Source: Heteronotia binoei (lineage: Eukaryota). Taken from it: 64,000 bases of DNA. Positions 35,954 through 48,606 of the stretch are shown in pieces. Under the pieces are notes generated by a model. The model was not told the origin of the DNA. It made no database searches and saw nothing but the letters and a program-made list of their open reading frames with translations. The DNA lies in NCBI RefSeq assembly GCF_032191835.1, contig NC_083232.1:56854001-56918000 (forward strand), given 5' to 3'. Position 1 is the first letter of the stretch, and every line of letters starts with the position of its first letter. The position numbers were made by a program, and so were the translations under genes.

Positions 35954-38900
35954 TTCTCAAAATGCCTTTCGTTCAGCATTTGAGGAATATATTAAACAAT
36001 AAAAAGCGACGATGATGACCCTCCCCAGTAGGGTGATAAAGAAAGAAGGAGCATGCAGCATTCAGGCAGAAAGGCAGGCAGGAGAACAACACGCAGAAAC
36101 GTGAAAGCGGTATGAGGAAAGGGGGGGGGGGGAAGAGGCAGCTATTCCATTATTGCAAGCCCCCCCCCCCCATCCAGCACACTGAAACAAAGGGGGAAAC
36201 GAGGCTTGACTGGGATCCATATGCACCCTTAAGCCTTTTCTCCTGACCTTTGCCTCGGCAAGCAATAAGTCACACACGTAAATGAACAATCAACGGAAAT
36301 ACCTTAAAATAAAATCCATCCTTTTTAACGAAGCATCGCGTCCTAACAGCCCGGCAATAACCTTTCCATAAGGACCGAGCGCCGTAGCCCGACTGGAAGC
36401 TCTCCGAGGGGTGAGCGGGTTGGTCGCTTGCAGGGGGTTGGGGGGGGGTGGATAATAGAAAGCAGTTCTTGCTCTGAACAGAAACTGGAAAAGCGTAATC
36501 ACAGGCGAAGCCAGTCCGGGTCTCCACTCCAAATGCCACAATAATGCGCTGTATTATGTGCTCACGTGGTCATACGTCAACTTAAATCCTTTTATTTGAA
36601 ATAGGGAATCACTGAAGGAACAAGGGTTCGAGACGCGAGCCTCGGGGTTTGGTTTTTGGTGGTGGTTTTTGTTTTTTTTTAAACCTTCACGCAAGTGAAT
36701 TAAAGAAGAGAACAATCAAGTAATGAAGATTATTTCCCCCCTTTTCCTTCTTTCACATTAATATTTCCGTACACAAAATGCAGACGGAAAGGAAATAATT
36801 CTGATTTTCATAGGATGCGATTACACTGAACTTTGAGACTGGTCAAGTGGCCCTTCTGCAGGCAACTCTCCGGTGACCCGAAGGGTGGAAGGGGGCAGGC
36901 GGCGCCATCCGAGGAGCACTTCGGCCACTGCGCTCGCCTTCACGAAGCCCCTTCGCTCAAGACACGAGGAGGATCACCCTACAGCCCACGGTCTCCTCTG
37001 TCCTTCTATTGAACGGAGCTTGCTGAACACCCACATGTTACATCAGAGCAGTTGTAGGAACCCCAAAGACCTGTAATTACCTGACAAAAGGGAAAGGAGC
37101 CTCTGGTAGAGACTGCCGGACTTCTGTCCTCGCAGCACCCTAGGAGGAGGAGGAGGCGGAGGAGGCGGCGGAGGAGGAGGGAAGCGTCATCCTGCTTTGT
37201 GGTGGATCTGAATTTTGCAAACTCTTTTGGGACCTTCTCGTTCAACCTGCGCTTACGCATTTCCTATGCAAGTACTTGAGTGATGTACAAAATTATAGGG
37301 TTCTCGAACTATGAAATATTTAGGGGGCAAGAATGATCAGCAGTCCAGAAAGGGAGGATCTTTTTTTAATAGGGGGGGGGGAGAGAGAGAGAAAGAAAGA
37401 AAAGAAACTCATGCAAGTCCCTCGAGTGACTCTAAGAAAAGAATTGATCTCGACTCGCAGATCTAAGAGCTCTTCTGTTTCTGCCCTGCACTTCTCTCAA
37501 CCTACATAATGTTTTGGAGAAGGTTATGTCCCTGTTTTATAAAGGCAGCTAGAGGAACTCCTTCATTCCCATATGCAGTATATAGGCCCACTTTCGCTGT
37601 TTGGGTCCCGAGTGCTTTATCCCATCTTTGCATTTTAGAGCACATAATTTCCTTCAGCTGTTCTCCTCCACTACCCCCACCACCCCACGCCAAAGGAAGT
37701 TTTACTCTATTATGCTTCTTTCAACACTTGCCCTAGACTTTTCTTTAACCCAGTGTGTGAGCAGATGAAATGTTATCCTTCGCCTGCCTTATTGTCAAAG
37801 TGTAAGCAGTCTTGCCCATTTGACTTCACGCCTCTATAGGACTATAACCAGTCTAATCTTCCCGATCCACAGTCTTGTTATGTCGAAGTTCTGGGACCTT
37901 CCCCTTGTCATAATTCTAATTCTACTACTCCACTGAGATAAGGGCCAGGATGATGATGATGATTATTATTATTTTTAAAAAATGCATCAATAAGTATTGT
38001 AACAAGCTTATAAGATCCTAAAAGAGAATTTGCCACTGTCTCTACAGCCAAAGCCATACTACAATCCCTGGCAAAGACCCTTACTTGCAAACAGCTGTGG
38101 CGAACTTTTACTAGCCTGGATTTCCTTCCAAATAACTGTGCGGAGAATCACAGCATTGGACTGTAACAGAACACCTAACGACCTTCCCTCACGAACAACT
38201 TGGGCGCAATACTTTTGAAAACTCTTCCTTAGCACAATAGCCATCTACAGGTCAATCAGCATTACCTGTGAACAGTTTCATTGACAAGCGCTAAACGCAA
38301 GCAGGGGAATAAAAACTGGATTCGCCAGACTGAAACCAATGTGTCCTCAGGCCAGTCAAAGAGGCCCGAAGTTCTTCAGCAACAATGCAGCTGAAATTAA
38401 TGGATAATGGAGCCGACCTAGGAAAAGGCACATCAAGCTTTCCTGAGCCTCAAGAAAAAACTTTGTCAACTGCTTTGAGCCAAAAGCAAAGAGATGCCTT
38501 TAGCAAACAGAAATTACAAAAGCAATACCTCACACTCATAAATCTGGGGTTCAGCTTATTTGCCTTAACGCTATGTAGTACTGAAGGGTCCCCTTTTAAA
38601 ATGTTCCTCCCCCAATAGTGCTCTTTCTTTTTTTAGCACTAACGATCAAGTTAATGTTAAAACTGCAGTTTAACTATTAACATGGTATATTGTAAGGGGA
38701 ATGAACCAGTTTTGAAGAAAAGTCAAACGTTGGGTGATGACCTATTTCTTCACTGTGAGGCCAGGAAGAAGTTACTTCGCTTTGACTGCTATGGAGTCTT
38801 GGGTCTTGGCTGAATATTGCTCTTAAACAAAACATGGTTCTGGAATTCATTTGCTTGGATAGAACTTCAGGGATTATTCCTTTCGGTACAAATGCGAATT

Positions 38901-39601
38901 GACTTCAAAGTAGCAGCTCTTCAATTTGCATCGCCACCCATTTTGCTTCATTCAGGGAAATCCTCCATGCCTTTATTTGATGTCTCGAGGACAGGAACGT
39001 CTGTAAACTTCGGGAAGGCTCAAAAATGTTACATTTTATTTAGGAACGAAGGAAGGTGTTCTCCTCCCCCTCTGCTTTATGCACGGGACAGTCCATTTTG
39101 GGATTCATGGTGAAGAAACAAGAACAGACCTGGGGCTGAGATCCTAGTCGGAACTCTGGTTGAGAAGAAAAGAGAAGGTGGGTGGGGGGCTTAGTGGGCA
39201 TTTAAAAATGCTTGGGGCATGCAGTTGTCCGCTGAGCTGGGAAGTGTCTGCAAAGCTTGAAAACTGGTCTTAGCCCTATTCACTCAGAGGTAAGTCCTCG
39301 TGATTTCAGAGGGACCGTCTGCTGCAGCCTGGGCAGTCAGTGGGCCTCATTTCCCAGCACAGGCTTGGGGTGCCTGATACAAACCTCAAGCTATTGAAAG
39401 TAAAGACTGGCATTTTACTTCGGGCTTCCTAGTCCTGCTCTATCAGATACCCATCCAGCCATATATTCTCTCTGAGACTCTTAAAATATTTCAGATTATA
39501 AACTCTCTGGCTCTGGCTGCTGACTTTCTGTCCACAGTTAAGCCTGAAGCACAGATAAAGCCATCCGGTCTATGGAGTGACCTCCTGTGGAAAACACTTC
39601 C

Positions 39602-39691
39602 AGCTCAATTCTATCTACGTTTACTTGGAAGAAAGTCCCGCATAGATAAATGGGGCTTACTCCCCAAGTATGTATGCCTAGAGATGCAGCT
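39602..39691 (+). mobile_element. Short palindromic MITE, family copy 3
   Basis: Core GTTTACTTGGAAGAAAGTCCC (from 39619), with the mirror half GGGGCTTACTCCCCAAGTA and AGCT termini. Confidence 0.55.
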
Positions 39692-42600
39692 TTTACCCAG
39701 ACTTTAACAGACAGCTGGGCGTAGAATTGTTTCTTCTTTAGAAGTGAGGTGATTTTCCGTATGTTTGCTTAATTTAGTTGTAGGGTACCTTTTGTTTCAG
39801 TCAAGGGAAGACACCACATTGCATTATATGGATTCTTGTCTAGGCACCCCCTCAGCCAGGAGGTTTGCTCACCTCTCTATCGGAGACAGCACAAGATTCT
39901 TCGAGTGTTTTCCCTCCAAACGATCACGCATTGGAGGAAGATTGCGAAGAATCAAGTTAGCAAATAACGAGGCTGTTTATGGGATGTTATTGTGGAATCT
40001 CCCCCAAAGGTGCTGGAAAATAAATCATTATCTCCCCTTTAGAATGCTGTTAATATTAAATCAACGTTTTGTCTTGAACCGGCTTAAAGGAGGCCGTTTG
40101 GAGACCCTTTTTAGCAGGAAGGATTTCAGCCAGCAGCTAAATCAACACAACAAGCCTCTCTCGCCTGGTAATTTATGCCTGCCTTTAAAAGGTAGTAAAC
40201 GAAACTAATTGTACTTCAGCCTCGTAAAAGCAGGTAATTCTAGCAAGAAATTCAAACAGCTCTGCTTAGCCTTTAGTAGTCTACCGCTACTGCTGCTGTT
40301 TTAATCATCCATATGGTGGAGCTTTAAAGTTTTCATTGATTTTAAGGATTAAAATGGGGGGGGGGGGAGGCAAGGATATTAAAATCAAGGGTCATGTTCA
40401 GCCGCCTCCAATGGGGCGCCCAGTCCACGGAAAGGAGTTTAAAACCCAGTGCATCGGACAGGTAGGGATGGGATGTTCCTGAGATGTGCCTGCAGCTCCT
40501 CCGCCCGGCTCCCTTAAATAGTCTAAATTCTAACGGTGGTTCTTATTTTTCCGGATACGCACAGTAAACGTGGTGAACATTTCAGAGGACCTTGGAGAGC
40601 TACAGAAAGCAACACACCAGCCCGAGAGTCCAGAAACGAAACCGCCAACCTAGTCTGAGATCTCGATTTTAAAAGACAACTGAACTTTTCGCACAAGACT
40701 TCCTCAGCCTCTCTGCGCCCCCCCCCCCGCGCCCCTGTACCCTCTTCCCAAAGTTGAATGGCTCTTAAAGACCTGACTCTTACTTAGGGTCCTGTGTATT
40801 TCTTTGTTCGATAAGACGCGCATTCTCTGGGCAAGGAAGACGAGGCGACGCAGCTCTGGGGGGAAAAATACCAGCCGATCCAGCGATTGATCAAACCCGA
40901 ATCTCCGGCAACCTTTGTAACAAGCGCCCGCAAAACCCGTAACTGCAACACGACAACTATTTGAACACCCTCCGGCAACACATTTCTATGTCTTTTTTCC
41001 ACCCACGGGGTTCTTACCTCCTCGTGCTCCCAGCAGCCACCCAACGGGATCCTTTCCAGCTCTTCGGCTTCTCCAGAGCGCGTTTTTCGGTGCACCGGAG
41101 AGCTGTAAACAAAGAATAGGCTAGAGCTGAGTAAAGAAAGGGGAAAGAAGAGGGGTTTTAGTTTAGAACCCAGGCAGGGGTCAACTGCTGAGTTATCCTA
41201 GGCAGGGTATGGCATTGCTACAACGAAGCTGTTGATTCGTGTCATAAACATGCAATACTATTTATTGTCTTTTGCAATCGTGTATGAAATGTGAATCCCC
41301 CCTTTTAATGTATGCAGGGCCGCTTCTTTAAGACATGTATTTGCCTTTTATATCAAAGGCAGGCTTGATACTCCTCTGGGGAAACCTTTGTTTAGCATCA
41401 TTTAGTCAAATAAAACTCTTAAATGCAACCCGGCGAGGGTCATCTTTGTGGGATGGCAAATGGATCTTTAGTTTCAATGCAAAAAGGCCGGGACTGGACG
41501 CAGGTTTGAATCTTTGGGCCTGATCGCTGACTGGTCTCTCCCAGTGACTCAGGTCAGTTAAATATATATATATAATATATAATATTATAATATATATAAT
41601 AACCGAGGAGTTAGGAAAGGGACTGCATCTGAGCCTGTTCTTGTGCTCCACACAGTAACACCCCCTCCCCAATATATCTGTCATCGAAAGTAACAATAAG
41701 CCTTCTTCTTCCCGGCTCTTCTCGATTCTTTTCACGAATTCTATTTAGGCTTTTAATTTTTTTTTTTTTAAATCCCTTTCGATTCGTCTTAACGGGACTA
41801 GTAAAGAGCGACTGCTAATAATGCTAAGTGCAATTTCTTGGAAGAATGTCGCCAGAGTCTTGCAAAGCCTAAAATCCATCTTGGGAGAGCTTTCCATGAT
41901 AAAAATTTGGTGGTTGTAATTGGCTCGTTCGATAATTGCGATCATAATTTTAAATTTAGAGCGAAATAACCATCTCGCGCGAAAGGAAGAGAAATAATTA
42001 TTAGGCATCATAATCGTTTTTACAGGGGTGTTTATTGCTTGTGGAGAGCTCGGATGGCCCAGGCGGGCAGCGAGGTCTTGCCAGGCAGCTACTTCTCAAG
42101 CGAGGCGAGGAGATGAATCCTGCCCCCCTCTCTGCTCTGGGCCAGGCAGCTCTCCAGCTCGGGCAACTCCTCTGGTGGGTAACGCTCAAGCCCCCCCACT
42201 TCCCCTACGTGGGAAACTAAACCCCGCGACCTTACAGTCGATCGTGAGCGGCTTGAAGGGGCTGCCTCCCCATTATTTATTTAGTGTTGTAGATCAGCAT
42301 TCTGCCCTACCAGAAACTTTCGCCGGCGTATTCGGAAGCGATTAAGCCACGCGACGCAATAGATTAAAATGCCAGAGCAGTGGGGGATGGGGGGGTGTAT
42401 GAAACAAACAAACGAAGAAACAAACACGATCATTCTTCCCCTTCCCATAGCTGCTAAGCAGCCACCGAGCAGGCAAACGTCACAGGCATTTGGGAAAGGC
42501 CGGTCCCGATATTAATTGCGGGGCTTTAACTTGGTCCTAAATCTCTCGACTTTAATGATGAGTCATCGAGAGGCATTTTGCCTGCGACTCTCCTCTTTTT

Positions 42601-44805
42601 GTCGCCTCCTTCCTCTTCCCCCCTCCAGCCCCATTCACGATGCTGGCCGCTGCCTCTCGGGTTTCTGCCTCGGCCGTGCTCAAGTACCGGTGATTTATGG
42701 AGGCCAGGCAAATTGGGAAAGGGCGGGGGGGGGCGAGAGAGAAAAAGGGACTCCCGCACTGTGGCAGGCAACTTCCACCGTGTGCATGAGCACCAGGACG
42801 CTCTCAAATAGCTGCGCCCGGCTCGGAGGCTTCACCACCCGAAAGGCAACTCGCAGCCGAGATGTGGCATTTCGTAAATCTTCCCCCTCGCCGGGCAAAG
42901 AGTCCCAGCAAAGCACGTGCGAACAAGGAAAAGCAATCAAGGCACACGACGGGCCTTTGCATACTCACCAGCCTCTATTGCTTGTTTAAAGAAGTTTTAG
43001 GGGCTCTTGCAGGGGGGAAAAATAATAAATCAGGTAGAGGTTGGCTTTTGTTTTGGGGAAAGTCGAAAAAGAGGAAGTCCCCTTTCACGTCGGAAAGAAT
43101 CACTCCTCCTAGTGAGAACTGACGGCCACCGATCCATTCGTGACGAGCCGCATTAATTATTTAACAAGTCACGTGACCCGCCCCCCCCCTCTTTTCCCCT
43201 TCCAGATTAAAATTTCAATATCTTGCCGAGAACAGACAGGCAACACCTTTATCTGCCCTGGCAGCGTTTCTCGCCTTCCTTATTTAGGCCTCAGAATCTC
43301 GGCGGATTTTGACAACCTCCCCGTTGCAAGGGAGATCGTCTGCCCATCAAGAACGCGAGTCTGGCAGGCCCTGGCGCAGGGCAGAGGTCCAGCCCCCCAG
43401 CCCTCATTTGGATTCCAGTTTTTATGGCTCGCCAGCAGCAGGAGGTCGGGCCAGCCCGCGGAACAGGGACTCACCCGGGCCTTTGGCCATCGCTCCTGAT
43501 AAAAGGTGCGGCCTTGGAGACTTCGGAGAGGCAGCTCAGGCCGCGCTTCATAATCCCTGGTCCTGCTTCTGCTTGGGTCAGCTGGCGGGTGTGTGTGTGT
43601 GTGACCATCCCTTTCAAGGGCTAAAGATTTCCCACCTTGGCGAAAGGCAGAGGGCAAATATGGCACGTTGAAGCAAGTTCTCTGGGGGTGCGGGGAGAGA
43701 ACCAATGTCGTTCTTTGGATTTGTTCTTCTTGCATCTAAAGAACTTCCAACGACAAACAACAAATAGTCCTAGGGCTATTTCGCATGGGGTGCTTCGCCT
43801 CAGGTCCGGGAAAGGTGATGAAACCTACAGCCTTGCTCCATTGGTTGGATCTCCCGCTGCAAAACTACAGGTTTACACTGTGACCAAACCAGCTGAGCTC
43901 GCCATGGGATCATCACCATGAACCCGGAGCTCGCACACCTAGCTCAGAAGCACTGCCCGCTCTCACCTCGAGGAACTTTCTTTGCTGAGGGACTAGAGCG
44001 CCCAGATCTAGCCTTGTCTCTATGTCTCTTGTAACGGAAATGTAAAGAAAAGGCAAGGCTTGCTGACATACCCGGAACTGGGGAGGGGGAGATGGTTCTT
44101 CTCTGCACACCATAAATCACTGGGAAAACTCTACAATTCTTGTTTATTGGTCTTCGAGTAGGTTCACTCTAAGGTTGCCCCGTGGAATGGTGTCACCGAG
44201 ATATTGATCTCCCCTGTATATTTCTGTAGTGATCAAACTAAGCAAAGGTGGGGGTGCTTTAGAGGAGGAGGAAGGCAGTCTTGACTCCTGCCAGGTCGGG
44301 GGCCTCTGAGGGCAAGGAGAGTAGAAATGTCTGAAGAGACCAGTCAATGGCTGAGAAATGGTCAGTGGTTGAAAATAGGGCCTGAAAGGAAGAAGGGAGG
44401 GAGGCTGGGGTGCCATGCAAGGAAGGCCACAATCTTCTCAACCCACAGCCCCGATTCCTGTTTACAAAGCTGAAGGCTCTCTTGCAAGCAAATATAAGCA
44501 ACACGCAATGGTTAGGAAACCAATCCAGTTACAGATTTCTGTGGCCCTTTCCACCCCCCCCCCTTCATGCAACAGACCAGAATGGCATTCACAGTCCAAT
44601 AATACAAAAACAAACCTGGACTTGTATTTACTGATCATGAGAACTGAGGCGCCAGGACTGCCTTTCCTTTGGCCTTTATCGAAAATGTTAAAAACCTTTA
44701 GAATCCAATAGCATAGATCCTGCTCCTGTGTGTTTAAGAGGTAGAAAGTGTATGTATATGGAAGGGAGATTGTGTGGTCGAGTATGTGCGTGTGTGAGAG
44801 AGAGA

Positions 44806-44898
44806 GAACAAAGCAATAGACAAGTGCACCTTTAAGACCAACTTGTCTACTGCTTTGTTCTGTTGCTTCAGACCAACACGGCTGCCTACTGGGATCTA
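44806..44898 (+). mobile_element. Penelope-like terminal fragment forming a compact hairpin
   Basis: CTTTAAGACCAAC (44830-44842), CTTCAGACCAACAC (44866-44879); 20-bp arms at 44806-44825 and 44841-44860 (19/20 complementary). Confidence 0.65.
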
Positions 44899-45094
44899 TC
44901 TGTGTGAGAGAGAGTGAGTGAGAGAGACCTGTGAGATTTTGTGTGAGAGAGAGAAAGAGAGAAAAGAAAGTGGTGTGTGTGAGGGGAATATTGAGGTCTG
45001 AGAGCCAGATTCAAAAGAATACTGTCTTTAAAGGTCAAGGGTTTGATGGGTCAGTCGCCTTCTCTTAAAAAAACAATTAATGGGATAGAAACTG

Positions 45095-45111
45095 TGTCCT
45101 TTCGGTGAACT
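45095..45111 (-). promoter_or_regulatory. DR5 RARE 3' of HOXA4
   Basis: Minus strand AGTTCA-CCGAA-AGGACA, 2.7 kb past the HOXA4 stop; position and half-sites resemble the Hox4 3' neural RAREs. Confidence 0.75.
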
Positions 45112-47061
45112 CTCTTGGTTCCCCTAGCAGAGAAGGGACAATGGTGGGGTTTATACTCCACTGTGTAGATTTCCAACTTATTGTAACATTGATTATGGCA
45201 AGCTAGCACCGACACGCACACATCATAGCAAACTCTACTGAGAGAGGGGGGGGGTGAAAAAAGAAAACATTACCTTGAATGATGACAATCTGCGATATGT
45301 ATTTTTCAATGCGCGCTCCATTCTCCACCCAGAAAGTATACATTTTCATCGCACAGCCCAGCGACTGTGTCTTTATACATGAACACATTTTCCCCAGGAA
45401 AATCCTTCGCGTCTCCTCAGACCTTTTCCAAGAGAATGCCTTTCAGAATCGCTGTTGAATTACAAAGAAGTATTTATTGGAGGAAGTGATTAATGATTCC
45501 CAGTAAAATTGCTATTTTCAGCGTGATTTCCTTTCGCTTTTTTTTTTTACAATGGGAAGGGGGGGAAGAAGGGGAGTTTCAAGCGTAAGACTGCGGAAGT
45601 CAAAGAAGAACCTCAACGCTCTGTTTAAATAGTTGATTTAGCATCTTGAGCGTTCTTGTTAATTTTGGAGTTTCAGTAAATCAGAAAAAGAAGATTCTCT
45701 ACGCTAAGCCTAACAAAGGCTGTAGACAAAGAAGTCTACTCTAGAAGGGGCTGACAGGGGAGGGATCTCTTTTCCCAATCTATTCTCCTTCATTTCTAAA
45801 CAGAATTCTAACAAAATGGGGCTTTTAAAGATTCGTAAACACGTGAAAGGAAACCCCTTTAGTGGTTCAACCTGGAGACAGGATAGTGAGGTAAGGGAAC
45901 TCAAGTGAGGAAGGCCTCCTGGGGTTGACCAAAGGGGGACTAGATGCTAGATTTCCCCCCCTGGCAAACGCTCTTGGGAACTGCAGAGTTCTAATGGCAG
46001 TGTCTTCACGCCCAGTCCAATAACATCGACATACATCGGAACCATTGGGGGACTGGGCTGTGCTTGCTGAGTAATAATGATCATGGAGCTGCTTACTGCT
46101 TACAAGGTACTCGACTGAACGTAGCCATTTCTTTCGAGAGCGCAGATCAAGAGCATCGAATTACCTTTATAAATGCATATAAGGCCCTAGTATCCCTTCA
46201 ATATCAAGAAGAACTCCAAACGATTATTTTCACAGTCAGTGCTTATTGCAAAGTTTTGATACACATTTCAGAAGACTTCAGATAATGGGCCCAAGTTAAA
46301 GCATTCTTCTAGATCCCACAGAGTTCCTTAACAGGCCCTTCCTGATTTATTAGAGGGGTGTGCCATTCCAGTTTGGCCATCTTTCCTCTTCCAAAAGTTG
46401 TGACCATTGTCTAAGGAACAGCAACAACAACAAAAAGGAAGATGCACTACAGAAGTTGCAGTTTATGGGTCACACAAAATAATAATCACCACCACAAGAA
46501 TAACAAGCACTCTGGTTTATTGGACTCATTGGAAGACCTCTGTTTCTGTCCACAGAGGGCTGGAATTTGTTATGTGTGCACGAAAGTGTGATCGCTGGCA
46601 ATACAAACAAACAAAAACATCCTTCTGAGATCTTACACAATAAAGCATTGAAGCAATAAAAAGGAGGTAAAAGCAGGATGGCCAGGCCCATCCACACCTG
46701 GGTTGAAGCGAATAAGGCGCAGATTGTACTCACTGATTTATTTCAAGAGTAGGTATTCGCTATCTGCCTGCTTTCAAAGTTGGGCTTCACTTCTATGTGA
46801 AAATCGGTTCAATTGGGATCAGTATGACATCTTAGAAGCCTGGCCTCACCAGAGGTTAGTTCTGGTTTCGGCCCAAGTTCTCCAGGCTTGTCCCAGGAAT
46901 GGCCTGGCCTGTGTGTGTGTTTGTGTGTCTACCGGCAATATTCCATTCAAGTGAGTTTTCCCTTTTTCACATCATAGAGGGCAACCTGATAGTCAAAAAG
47001 CGCAACTGCATGCTTCTCATGGTGCCTCTCGTGCTTTTAATTTTTTTTCCTGTACAGAATA

Positions 47062-47067
47062 TTTATT
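47062..47067 (-). terminator. Candidate HOXA4 polyadenylation signal
   Basis: AATAAA on the minus strand about 740 nt after the stop. Confidence 0.5.
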
Positions 47068-47807
47068 TCCAGCACTGGATTTATATACATCACACATTCA
47101 CAAATGTATACACACAGAATCCACGAATTGTACACAGACTTTGACGGTGGCAGGATAAGAAGAGAGAACAACCCTTAATATTGGCCTACTTTTTGTCTTT
47201 CCTTTAAATAAGTGCAAGGGGAAGCGTGGAGGGGAGACACACACTAAGGAAGCACAATTACAGCAAGGACTACACTTTTAAAAAGTTAAATTGTTCTTGG
47301 CACATAGGAAACCTCTTTTCTCTGTCCTTAGGGGGGCGTGGTCTTGGGGTGTTTTCCCGACCCCATAAGGTTTCAAAGGCTTCCATAAAATGATTGGCTT
47401 ATTTCTGTCTATACTTGAGAGTCCACAAACATTCCACGGAATAACACGGGCATATGGTTCACACTCACACACACCTCTCACAAGGTCACTTAAAAACATT
47501 GTTGACGCCTGAAGGCATATACAGTCACAAAGGGTCCTTCTTAGGTACAAGATCCATCCACAATCTTTTAATGCTGCAGGTAGGCAGTATATTCCATAAA
47601 TTAAAGAAACAAACAAACATGGAGGGAATAGAACATAATTACAGATCATCATAAGCGCATCGTTCAGTTTTTTTGGTTTGGAACACCCTTTGGACGGGCA
47701 CCGACTCTTCCTTTGCCCCCCAATTCAACACAGTCGTTTGGTCCCCGTGCTAAACGAAACTAGGCGTGGGTAGGGATGATCAGGGGTCCCCTGCCTATGA
47801 AGGGCCA

Positions 47808-48139
47808 TCATAGCGCTGTTGAGCTGGGGGTCAACCTCCCCCGGGGTTGCTGCTGCTGCTGTTGTGCCGGCGCTTTGGCTTGCTGGTTGAGACCGGAGGG
47901 GTTGGAGGAGCGCATCTTAGTGTTGGGCAGTTTGTGGTCCTTCTTCCATTTCATCCTCCGATTCTGAAACCAGATCTTGACCTGGCGCTCGGAGAGGCAG
48001 AGCGTGTGGGCGATCTCGATGCGTCGCCTCCTGGTCAGGTAGCGGTTGAAATGGAACTCCTTCTCCAGCTCCAGGACTTGCTGTCTGGTGTAGGCAGTTC
48101 GGGATCTTTTGGGCTCCCCTCCGTTGTAGTTGGGGTTGA
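47808..48139 (-). CDS. HOXA4: HOXA4 coding exon 2 (homeodomain)
   Basis: Acceptor ccgttcag|TC at 48140/48139. [74 protein letters not shown] (group 4). Spliced CDS 655+332=987 nt, 328 aa. Confidence 0.97.
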
Positions 48140-48369
48140 CTGAACGGACCCGGGCGGGAGGCACACCGAGAAGGAGAAGAAGGCAACGGGACACCATCAT
48201 TATCACGTAATAACTCGACAGTGGGGTTTAGCTGGGGGGGGGGGGGGAGGGAGGGATGGTTCAGCGCCTGTGGACAATAGAGGACAATTGGGGAGCCATA
48301 AAAAATGGTGATGGGCGTTTGGGTTCAAGAAAAGCTTCAAAGACGCGCGGGCCAGAGCCACTGCCAGGG

Positions 48370-48437
48370 CAATGAAATTTATGGGGGCTGTAATTGCTGC
48401 CCTATCGCTTTGGTGCCTCGTAAATCTCTCGATAAAG
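48370..48437 (-). promoter_or_regulatory. HOXA4 intron HB-1-like homeodomain-binding block
   Basis: Minus strand ...GATTTACGA...CAATTACAGCCCCCATAAATTT..., a TAAT/TTTAT/TTTAC cluster typical of the conserved Hox4 intron element. Confidence 0.7.
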
Positions 48438-48498
48438 GGCCTTGCCCACAAAAGGTTTCTCACGTTTTCTTTTTCTGGGGGAATACCTTCGCTTTCAC

Positions 48499-48533
<35 letters not shown>

Positions 48534-48606
48534 GAGTCACTCACAAAAGAGGAGCAGGCAGGCACCTCCCCAGCCCCCCAGCTCCCCTTGGAGAAGGTCA
48601 ACTCAC

